A stretch of DNA of 64,000 nt from Candidatus Eiseniibacteriota bacterium (GTDB taxonomy: Bacteria > Eisenbacteria > RBG-16-71-46). The notes beneath the pieces are model-generated. The model was given only the letters and a program-made list of their open reading frames with translations. It was not told the DNA's origin and searched no databases. Location of the stretch: positions 2,592,001 to 2,656,000 of the forward strand of contig OY970342.1 of the NCBI GenBank assembly GCA_963717505.1. The letters run 5' to 3'. Made by a program: the position numbers and the translations under genes. This document shows, piece by piece, positions 56,311 through 64,000 of this stretch (the first letter of the stretch is position 1; each line of letters starts with the position of its first letter).

Positions 56311-57392
56311 GGGATGATCGGCAGCTCGCAACAGTCGCCCGCGGGGATCGGCCGTCCGTGGGGACAGTGGCGCGGGTGACTGAGGAACGTGCAGATGCTG
56401 TCGGTGACCTCGGGGTCGATGATGTGCTCCATCCGGCACGCCGCGAGCTCGACCTCGGGTTCGGGCAGGTGCATCGCCGACGTGAACAACACTTCCGCGA
56501 GCCGGCGGCGACGCACCAGGTCGCGCGCCAGCGCGCGCCCGCGGGTCGTGAAGTCGAGCGTTCCGTCGTGGAGCAGAACCAGGCCGCTCTCGACCATCCC
56601 GCGGATGGTTCCGCGGTTGTCGACCACGTCCGGGATCCGGACACGATCGGCCTGCGGCGGCCGGCTCTCCTCGACCAGCGACCACATCTGCACCAGGACT
56701 TCGTCGTAGCGACGTTCGATTTCGCCGCTCGGCACGGTGAGGTCGGCGATCCGGCCGTGGTTGAGCTCGATCCGGCGGTCCGCGAGGTTTCCCACCTTGG
56801 GCGCGTGGGTCACGGTCACCAGGGTGTGGCCTTCGGCGTGCAGATCCCGCAGCAGCCCGAGCACGCGGTCCTCGTTCTCGGCGTCGAGGTTGCCGGTCGG
56901 CTCGTCCGCGAGGAGCAGGGCCGGCGCGTTGACCAGGGCGCGCGCGACACACACTCGCTGCTGCTCGCCGCCCGAGAGCTGCGCCGGGCGGTGGTCGGCG
57001 CGCGCCGCGAGGTCGACCCGCACGAGCGCCGCACGCGCTTCGGCGGGGTCGACCATCGAGTGATAGTGCTGAGCGACCATCACGTTCTCGAGCGCGGTCA
57101 GGTACGGCAGCAGGTGGAACTGCTGGAAGATGATGCCGACCTTCTCGCGCCGGTAGCGCACGCGCCCGGCTTCGCCGAGCTGGGCGATCTCGACGCCGTC
57201 GACCACGATCCGCCCTGCCGTCGGCCGGTCGAGGGCGGCGAGCAGGTTGATCAGCGTGCTCTTGCCCGATCCGGAGGGTCCCATCACCGCGAGCCATTCG
57301 CCGCGCGCGATGTCGAGGTCGACTCCGTCCAGGGCGCGCACGTTCTCGAAGTGGCGCGAGACCCCGCGGAGCTGGACCAGCTTCTCGGCCAC
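56307..57392 (-). CDS. LolD/MacB-type ABC ATPase fused to a DtxR/MntR-like metal-regulator domain
   Basis: GPSGSGKST, LSGGEQQRV, ADEPTGNLD, then FTTRGRALARDLVRRRRLAEVLF...AACRMEHII...HPRHCPHGRPIP. Confidence 0.88.
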   Translation of the reverse strand: MAEKLVQLRGVSRHFENVRALDGVDLDIARGEWLAVMGPSGSGKSTLINLLAALDRPTAGRIVVDGVEIAQLGEAGRVRYRREKVGIIFQQFHLLPYLTALENVMVAQHYHSMVDPAEARAALVRVDLAARADHRPAQLSGGEQQRVCVARALVNAPALLLADEPTGNLDAENEDRVLGLLRDLHAEGHTLVTVTHAPKVGNLADRRIELNHGRIADLTVPSGEIERRYDEVLVQMWSLVEESRPPQADRVRIPDVVDNRGTIRGMVESGLVLLHDGTLDFTTRGRALARDLVRRRRLAEVLFTSAMHLPEPEVELAACRMEHIIDPEVTDSICTFLSHPRHCPHGRPIPAGDCCELPIIP

Positions 57393-57393
57393 C

Positions 57394-58500
57394 TCAGTCT
57401 CCTTTGAGCGCTACGGCCGGCTCGACGCGCAGCGCCAGCCGCACCGGGCCGAAACTCGCGAGTGTCGCAACCGCGAGCGAGAGCGCAATCACGATCACCG
57501 GCACGTTCCATTGCGCGGTCACGCTCGAGTGGAAGACCTCGCGGCCGATGACCTCGGCCATGATCAGGCCGAACAGCCAGCCCGCGGTTCCGCCCAGAAC
57601 TCCGATCGCCACGGCTTCGGCGGCGAACTGGCGCACCACCTGGCCGGGGGTTGCGCCCAGCGCCTTGAGCAATGCGATCTCGCGCCGGCGCTCGAGCGCC
57701 AGGTCGGTGAGCGAGCCGAACGCGCACAGTCCGGCGGCGAGCATGGCGGCCACCGTCACCAGCGCCATCAGGCGCCGCATGCGATCGAGCAGACGCGCCT
57801 CGACGGCAGTCAACGAATGGAGCGGACGCGCGCTCAGGGTGCCGCCGGCTTCGAGTCGATCGCCCAGCGTTCGCGCGGCGACGCCGTCGCCAGCGATCCG
57901 GACCTGAACCAGGCTCAACCGACCTTCGAGGCCACTCAGCGCCTGCGCGTCGGCCAGAGGAATCCACCACGCTTCGTCATCGGGACCGCCTGCATCGAGA
58001 ACGCCGCCGATCGTCAGATCAAGCGTCTGGTCTCGACCCGGGAACGTGATCTCGAGCCGGTCTCCCGGCTGGACACCCAACCGGCGAAGGAGACGGACTC
58101 CCATCCAGGTCGGCGCCGACGCAACGTCCCATCCCGTCGCCGGCGTCAGGGTCCAGGACGGATGGAGCTGCTGCGCGCGCTCGAGGTCGGCGCCGATCAC
58201 CGGCACGGTTCGCCCCGCCGACGCGGTGACGACATAGAGGAGTGGTGCTCCTTCGACCCCGGCCGCGGCCAGCCGCGAGCGTGCATCGGATTCGTCGAGG
58301 AATCGATCTCCGTCCCGGGCCGGCAGCACCAGCAGGTTGGGCCCCAGGGATCGCAACTCGCGCGTGAGTTTGCGCGAGACGTCACTCGACACGTGGAGCA
58401 GAGCCGAAGCGACCGATGCCCCGATCGCCACCGCCAGCATCGCGAGTCCCGAGATGCCGCGCCGCTGCCAGAGGGCGCCGCGCAGCAGCCGGAGATTCAT
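57394..58500 (-). CDS. MacB/FtsX-like ABC permease
   Basis: TM1, RELRSLGPNLLV, ERRREIALLKALGA, RVEPAVALKGD. Confidence 0.9.
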   Translation of the reverse strand: MNLRLLRGALWQRRGISGLAMLAVAIGASVASALLHVSSDVSRKLTRELRSLGPNLLVLPARDGDRFLDESDARSRLAAAGVEGAPLLYVVTASAGRTVPVIGADLERAQQLHPSWTLTPATGWDVASAPTWMGVRLLRRLGVQPGDRLEITFPGRDQTLDLTIGGVLDAGGPDDEAWWIPLADAQALSGLEGRLSLVQVRIAGDGVAARTLGDRLEAGGTLSARPLHSLTAVEARLLDRMRRLMALVTVAAMLAAGLCAFGSLTDLALERRREIALLKALGATPGQVVRQFAAEAVAIGVLGGTAGWLFGLIMAEVIGREVFHSSVTAQWNVPVIVIALSLAVATLASFGPVRLALRVEPAVALKGD

Positions 58501-58513
58501 CCGTGTCCGGCCC

Positions 58514-59770
58514 TCAGCCACGCAGCACCTCCGCGGCATCGAGCTGGAGCGCCCTGCGCAAGGGCCCGAGCGTGCCCACCGCCGAAACCGCGAACGCCAG
58601 CGCGACCGCGAGCGGCAGGAGCAGCGGCGTCGGCGAGAACTCGGTGCCGAAGGTGTCGCCACGAATCAAGCGGGCGCCGGCGACACCCAGGGTCCAACCC
58701 GCCAAGCCGCCCGCGGTCGCGACCAGTAGCGTCTCGCTGAGGAGCAGAACGGCGATCTGCCGCGGCGCCGCACCGATCGCGCGCAACAACCCGAGCTCCG
58801 TGCGGCGTTCGACCACGGTCGCGGTGCTGGTCGCGAGCAGGCCGAGGACCGAAGCGGTCAGGGCCGCGAGCGCGAGCAGGATCATCAGCAGATTCAGCCG
58901 GTGGACCACTGCGCCTTCGCCGGCGACGACTTCGGTCCTCGCCAACACCTCGGCCCCCGGGATCGCACCCGTGAGGTCGCGCGCGACGACATCGGGATAG
59001 GCGGTGCACAGGTGGCGCTCGAAGCCCACGGGATCGGCCTTGGGATCCGGCGGTGGCTTTCGCGCCGGGGGCAGGACCAAGGCACTCAACCACACGCGAT
59101 CCACCTCGTGGCCGCGCCCAGAAAGCTCGCCCACGAGCTCGAGTGGCGCCCAGGCCCGCAGGGCGGCTCCGGGGTCGGCGTGCACGATGCCGGTCACCGA
59201 CAAGCGCCGCTCGCCTCCGGGACCCGACACCGCCAGATGGTCCCCGACTCCAGCGCCGATGGTCGCGGCCAATGATTGTCCGAGCGCGATTTCGTCCGCG
59301 TTCTCGAAGGGCCACCGGCCATCGACCCGCCACGCCGGGCGGAGTCGCGGCAGGCCGGTGCGCCAGACGCCGTCGGCCACCGGAACCTCGTGGTCGAACC
59401 AGGTGCCGAGCACCACCACCTTGGCCCCCTCGACGCGGAGCGTGGTTTCGAGTTCGGGTGCCGCCTCGAGCACGTTGTTGCGCCAGAACGTCCGCTTGAG
59501 TGCAGCCACGGAGCCAGGATCGAGGGTCGCGCCGGCGCGCGCCGGCTCGATTTCGGCGCCGCCCAGGTCCAGCGGCCAGCGCGCTCCGGCCGGCATCACG
59601 ACGAAGTTCGGTCCCGACGCGCGCAGCGTGCGCGCGAAATCGTCGCCGACCTGGAGCGCCAGAGCGGCGAGCGCGATCGACACCGCGACGCCGAGGGTGA
59701 TCGCGAGCAGCGCCAGCACCAGTCGTGCGCGCCGTGCGCGCAGCGCAGCCCACACCAACCGCGCCGTCAC
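58514..59770 (-). CDS. MacB/FtsX-like ABC permease
   Basis: GTG 59770 start, LRASGPNFVV, LKRTFWRNNV, ERRTELGLLRAIGA, DAAEVLRG. Confidence 0.9.
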   Translation of the reverse strand: MTARLVWAALRARRARLVLALLAITLGVAVSIALAALALQVGDDFARTLRASGPNFVVMPAGARWPLDLGGAEIEPARAGATLDPGSVAALKRTFWRNNVLEAAPELETTLRVEGAKVVVLGTWFDHEVPVADGVWRTGLPRLRPAWRVDGRWPFENADEIALGQSLAATIGAGVGDHLAVSGPGGERRLSVTGIVHADPGAALRAWAPLELVGELSGRGHEVDRVWLSALVLPPARKPPPDPKADPVGFERHLCTAYPDVVARDLTGAIPGAEVLARTEVVAGEGAVVHRLNLLMILLALAALTASVLGLLATSTATVVERRTELGLLRAIGAAPRQIAVLLLSETLLVATAGGLAGWTLGVAGARLIRGDTFGTEFSPTPLLLPLAVALAFAVSAVGTLGPLRRALQLDAAEVLRG

Positions 59771-61023
59771 TTCCCCTCGATGTGGGCCAGGACCGCGCGC
59801 AGGTCGGACTCGGCGATCACCAGCGTATCCGCCTCGCGGCGATGCGGCAGCGGGATCGGATTGCAGCCGCCGGTGCGCCCGAGGGAAATCATGGCGATCG
59901 GGGAGGTGCAGTTGCGGCACACGGCCGCGCCGGCGTCCTCGAAGTAGCCGATGTCGCCGCAGATCTCGCACGCGTCGAAGCAGGTGTGGATCTGATCGCC
60001 GACCTGGACCGCGAAGAAGCGGATCGGGCGCTCGGGGAGCGCCACTTCGAAGAAGTGCAGGTGACCGTCGCCGATCGCCGAGGCGTTCAACGTGACGGCG
60101 CCATCGGCACTCGGCAGGACTTCGGCCGGCGGGCGATCCGGGACGCGCGATCCGAGCGCGAACGCGGTGGTCAGCACGCCGACCACCAGCAGCCCGACCA
60201 TGCCGAGGGCCCGGCGTCCGCCGGCTACGCGCGCGCGCGCCGCGCGCTCGAGACGCCCCTGCGGCCCGGACGCGGTGGGAGCGGGTGCCGGACTGGCTCC
60301 GGAGCCGAACAGCAGCCAGCCCGCGGCCAGCGCCAGGGTGAGCGTGAAGATCAGCAGCTCGTTCTTGACGAGCGGGCCGATGATCGCCATCTCGGTGCGG
60401 CTGGCCGGCAGGACTTCGGCCTCGGACAGCTCGTGCAGCCCACCGATCACCAGTCGCACCGCCAGCAGCAGGAGCACCGCCGTGGTCAGCGCGAAGAAGG
60501 TCTTGAGCGGGACGCGCACGCTGCCGCGCACGAACAAGATCCCGAAGGCGATCGCGAGCAGCAGCCCGACGCCGGCCCCGACCCAGAGCGCCAGTCCCTC
60601 GCTGTTGAACGAGGCGGCCGACAGGAAGATCGCGGTCTCGACGCCTTCGCGGAACACCATGCCGAATGCAAAGAGGACGAGGCCGAGTGCGTTGCCGGCG
60701 CCGCCTGCGCCTGTGACTCGAGCCACGCCCGACTCGATCTCCTGCTTCATGTGCGGTGCCGCGCGCCACATCCACCAGACCAGGCTTCCGACCAGCGCCG
60801 CGCCGACCAGCATGACGATGCCCTCGGCCAGCTCCTCGTTCCAGGTCAGTCGCGTGGCCAGTGCCACCACCGCCACCGACGCGGCCAGCGCGAGCCCGGT
60901 GCCGAGTGCGAGCGCCCACTTGAGGTGTCCGAACCCGCGCCGATGGAGCAGGGCCGAGGCCACGCCGAGCACCAGAGCGGCTTCGACTCCTTCACGCAGG
61001 GTGATGACGAGCGCGTCGAACAT
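59767..61023 (-). CDS. FTR1 iron permease fused to DUF2318-like Cys-rich domain
   Basis: Two REGVE motifs (ITLREGVEA, VFREGVET), C-terminal DACEIC...VCRNC...GGCNPIPL. Confidence 0.92.
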   Translation of the reverse strand: MFDALVITLREGVEAALVLGVASALLHRRGFGHLKWALALGTGLALAASVAVVALATRLTWNEELAEGIVMLVGAALVGSLVWWMWRAAPHMKQEIESGVARVTGAGGAGNALGLVLFAFGMVFREGVETAIFLSAASFNSEGLALWVGAGVGLLLAIAFGILFVRGSVRVPLKTFFALTTAVLLLLAVRLVIGGLHELSEAEVLPASRTEMAIIGPLVKNELLIFTLTLALAAGWLLFGSGASPAPAPTASGPQGRLERAARARVAGGRRALGMVGLLVVGVLTTAFALGSRVPDRPPAEVLPSADGAVTLNASAIGDGHLHFFEVALPERPIRFFAVQVGDQIHTCFDACEICGDIGYFEDAGAAVCRNCTSPIAMISLGRTGGCNPIPLPHRREADTLVIAESDLRAVLAHIEGK

Positions 61024-61217
61024 GATCAGTACGATGTCTCATGCATGTATGCCCAGACTGGCCGAGGCCGGGACCCGAGTCAACCGGCTCGGGCGCGGTT
61101 CCGCAGGGGTTCCGCGCGGTTGAATTCCGACTGGCGATGCCTTGTATCCTCCGGCCGGCGCCTCGCGAGCGCGTTGGCCACGGAATCGAAGCGCGGGGCC
61201 GTCCGGAGGAGTGCGGC

Positions 61218-62591
61218 ATGAGTTCGCCATGGATGTTGCTGATCCTGTTGCTGGCGGCGAATCGCGCGGGCGATGCCCAGGTCACGCTCGACGCGGAACG
61301 CGTGCTCGCGATCGATCGCGAAGTGGCGCGCATTGCCCACCAGCAGACGTTGTGGCCCGGATTCGACCCGATCTCGATTCCGCTCGCGGCGTACGACGGA
61401 CGGCGCACCTATCTGTTCCGCCATCCGGCCCCGCCCGACGGGTTCTCGCCGCTCCCGGGCTCGGATCCGCCGGCGCACGTCTTCGAGGGACGCCATCCCG
61501 CGGTGACTTCGAACTCGAGCGTCGAGATCGGGGGTCGGGTCACGGCGACGCTGCGCGCGGACGGTACAGCCGAGCGGTCGCCGACCGAATCGGCCGCGGT
61601 TGCGCTGCACGAGTCCTTTCACGTCTTCCAGCGCTCGCGCCATCCGTCGTGGCAGGGTAACGAAGGGGACCTCCTCCTCTATCCGGCCGAGGACGCGCGC
61701 CTGCTCGCGCTGCGCCGCCAGGAAACCGAGGCGTTCCGGCGCGCCCTGGCGACTCAGGACCTCGAGTCGCGGTGTTGGTCGACCTGGGCGCTCCGCCTTC
61801 GGCGCGAGCGATTCGCCGCAATGGACTCGATCTTCTCCGACTACGAGTGGCGCTCGGAGCTGAACGAGGGGCTGGCCCAGTACATTCAGGAGCGCGCCGC
61901 CGACCACACGACGGTCGTATTTCCCGAGTCCGGCTTCGCGCCCGCGCAGGTGCGTCACCGCAGCTACGCGGTCGGCGCGGCCATGGCGCTGCTGCTCGAC
62001 CGCCTGGATCCGGATTGGAAGATCAAGCTGGAAGCCGACGATCGCCAAAGCCTGCACCAGCTTCTGTCGGCGGCTCTGGGTGGGCCGTACACCCAGCCAC
62101 CGGGAGCTTGCGGATTTTCGTCCGAGGAGGTCGCGGGCATTCGAGCCCGGGCGAAGCAGGATGCGGCCGCGGTCGGCGTCAAGCGCACCGAACGCCGCGC
62201 GGCATTCGATGCCGCCGCGGGTTGGCGGATCGAGGTGGTGGCCGCGGAAGGTGCTCCGCTCTGGCCCAAAGGATTCGATCCGCTCAACGTCGAGCGGGTC
62301 GACGGCGGTTTGCTGCATAGCCGATTCCTCGGGCTGGGGAACGACTCCGGCGAGCTGACGATGGTCGACGAGGCGGGCGCCGATCTCGAATCCCTCACCG
62401 AAGGCGCAGGATCCCACCCGCTGTTCAACGGTGTGCACCGAGCGGTGGTCGTCCTCGCGCAGTTGCCGGAAGTCGAGGTTCAGGGTGAACGGGTTACCGT
62501 GCGGGCCCCCGGTTTCACTGCCCGGTTCGAGCCTGCGAGCAGCCGGATGGACGGGAAGCGGATTCGCATCGAACTCGGGAGTGGGCCTTGA
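61218..62591 (+). CDS. Secreted hypothetical protein, putative HExxH zinc peptidase
   Basis: Signal peptide, ALHESFHVFQ and downstream ELNEGLAQY. RBS GGAGGAG. Confidence 0.7.
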   Translation: MSSPWMLLILLLAANRAGDAQVTLDAERVLAIDREVARIAHQQTLWPGFDPISIPLAAYDGRRTYLFRHPAPPDGFSPLPGSDPPAHVFEGRHPAVTSNSSVEIGGRVTATLRADGTAERSPTESAAVALHESFHVFQRSRHPSWQGNEGDLLLYPAEDARLLALRRQETEAFRRALATQDLESRCWSTWALRLRRERFAAMDSIFSDYEWRSELNEGLAQYIQERAADHTTVVFPESGFAPAQVRHRSYAVGAAMALLLDRLDPDWKIKLEADDRQSLHQLLSAALGGPYTQPPGACGFSSEEVAGIRARAKQDAAAVGVKRTERRAAFDAAAGWRIEVVAAEGAPLWPKGFDPLNVERVDGGLLHSRFLGLGNDSGELTMVDEAGADLESLTEGAGSHPLFNGVHRAVVVLAQLPEVEVQGERVTVRAPGFTARFEPASSRMDGKRIRIELGSGP

Positions 62592-62679
62592 GCAGCGCCC
62601 AGGAAGTCGAGTCTTGACGGCTTCGGTGGGGCACAGGAAGATCGTGGCATTCGCACCGGGAAGGACGGTACCGAATCCC

Positions 62680-64000
62680 ATGAGCCACTCCGACCGCGTC
62701 CGGGAAACGCTGGTCGTGGCTGCGCTGGCGCTCGCGCTCAGCGGGGCTACTCCGGCGTACGCCGATAGCAAGGCGGACGCCGAAGCCGCGCGCAAAGCGG
62801 GAGCCCAGGCGCTGGTTGAGCGCGCGCAGTCCATGCTCGCGCGCGGCAACATCGAGGGCCGGCGCGAGGCGATTCAGGACCTCGAGCAGGCGACCCTGCT
62901 CGACCCGGGCAATCCGAACTACGAGCTGTTGCTCGCCCGGACCTACTATCGCGTCGGGTTCCTCAAGAACGCTCGCGACCGGTTCGAGCGGGTGGCGAGG
63001 CTCGCGCCCGCTGATCCCGAGAGCCGCTACGGGCTCGGTCAGGCCTGGCGTCGGGACTGGCTCAAGTACCTCGACCGAACGTCGCTTGCGCGCGCGATCG
63101 AGAACCTGTCGGCGTGCTGCCGGCTGCGCCCCGACCATACCGAGGGCTGGTTGCTCATGGTGCCGCTGCTGGTCGAGCAGGGGGACGACCGGGCGGCGTT
63201 GAGTGCCGCGCTACGTGCGCTCGAGTCCGCCGATCGGCCCGAGTGCCACCTCGCGGTCGCGTACACCGCCTACCGCAACGGGCAGGTCGATCGTGCCGCG
63301 CGCAGCTTCGATCGAGCGATCCCGGAACTGGATCCGGTGGTGGCCGAGCGCTTCACCGACCTGGCGCCGGTGGCCAGCGAGTCCGACACGTCCTACTTCA
63401 ATGGTTTGTCCCGGGTCGAGCAGGCCGAGTTCACGCGGCGGTTCTGGAAGGATCTCGACCCCGACCTGGCCACCGAAGTCAACGAAGCCGAGCTCGAATA
63501 CCATGCCCGGGTCGCGCACGCGTTCTTCCTGTTCTACGACGCGCGCCTCAAGTCCTGGGATCAACGGGGCGAGATCTACGTGCGCTACGGCGCGCCCGGG
63601 ACGGTGGTCTACAACCCGGTCGGCATCAATCTGAACCTCACGCGAATCACCTATGGCCGCACCAGCTACACGATGAACTTTCCGGCCAACGTACTGCATT
63701 GGCACTATCCGGAACTGGGCATGACCGTCGAGATGCAGGACCGCACGCTCAACGAGCGCTACCTCTTGCCGATCACCATGGAGTACGGCAACGACCCGGT
63801 GCCCAACCCCGAGGCGATCGCCGCGAACCCGGACCGGTTCATGGCTCGCAGTGGCCGGGGCGTGTTCCCGCGCCTGCCCCCGAAGACCACGCCGATTCCG
63901 GTGCGGGGCACGGTCGCCCGCTTCGAAACCGATCGCGGACTGCAGCTGTTCGGAGGAATCGAGGCCGACGGACAGCCGGCGGACAGCCTGTGGGCGGAGT
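62680..64000 (+). CDS. TPR + GWxTD-domain protein (partial, runs off window end)
   Basis: My translation: signal peptide, TPRs (LLDPGNPNY, LAPADPESRYGLG), then FWKDLDPDLATEVNEAELEYHARVAHA...SWDQRGEIYVRYGAP. Confidence 0.85.
   Translation, partial: MSHSDRVRETLVVAALALALSGATPAYADSKADAEAARKAGAQALVERAQSMLARGNIEGRREAIQDLEQATLLDPGNPNYELLLARTYYRVGFLKNARDRFERVARLAPADPESRYGLGQAWRRDWLKYLDRTSLARAIENLSACCRLRPDHTEGWLLMVPLLVEQGDDRAALSAALRALESADRPECHLAVAYTAYRNGQVDRAARSFDRAIPELDPVVAERFTDLAPVASESDTSYFNGLSRVEQAEFTRRFWKDLDPDLATEVNEAELEYHARVAHAFFLFYDARLKSWDQRGEIYVRYGAPGTVVYNPVGINLNLTRITYGRTSYTMNFPANVLHWHYPELGMTVEMQDRTLNERYLLPITMEYGNDPVPNPEAIAANPDRFMARSGRGVFPRLPPKTTPIPVRGTVARFETDRGLQLFGGIEADGQPADSLWAE

Noticed and set aside
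61024-61050. Possible Fur/DtxR operator upstream of FTR1 (ATCAGTACGATGTCTCAT)
   Set aside because: It is AT-richer than its surroundings but only a weak palindrome with a poor match to known boxes.
62614-62642. TTGACG-17-GAAGAT promoter before the GWxTD gene
   Set aside because: The -35 is plausible but the -10 is weak, so it is not listed as a feature.
61080-62852. Long antisense ORFs (e.g. 590 aa here, 521 aa at 30570-32135, 516 aa at 13673-15223)
   Set aside because: They are shadow ORFs opposite well-supported genes and carry no recognisable motifs.

Overview
This is a high-GC bacterial window with about 40 CDS and no rRNA, tRNA, CRISPR array or IS element that I can support. It looks like a diderm FCB-group or candidate-phylum organism such as Ca. 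Eisenbacteria (inference): three secreted proteins end in FlgD-Ig/T9SS-like C-terminal domains, one ends in a short TWGxxKxxYR tail, and there are a PorV-like barrel and a GWxTD protein. In order, it holds: an ECF sigma/zf-HC2 anti-sigma pair; ornithine cyclodeaminase; a translationally coupled ATP-grasp / NfuA / radical SAM operon whose radical SAM is very likely a selenoprotein (WYC-UGA-AEP followed by a SECIS-like hairpin); a peptidase/TolB/Omp85 fusion; a betaine-type ABC importer plus TonB receptor facing egtB-egtD; a secreted M4/M36-like protease; mscL; csp; sucA-sucB-lpdA (many frameshifts, probably sequencing errors); a signalling block of two secreted TPR-CHAT caspase-like proteases, an ECF sigma and a membrane Ser/Thr kinase; an RND pump (also frameshifted); and an FTR1/Fet-type iron-uptake operon whose ABC ATPase is fused to a DtxR/MntR-like domain. 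The best candidate for an undescribed system is the CHAT-kinase-ECF block, because both proteases and the kinase ectodomain share the same RGIGG(M/L) peptide. The selenoprotein operon and the ATPase-DtxR fusion come next. All calls come from reading motifs by eye; no database searches were run.
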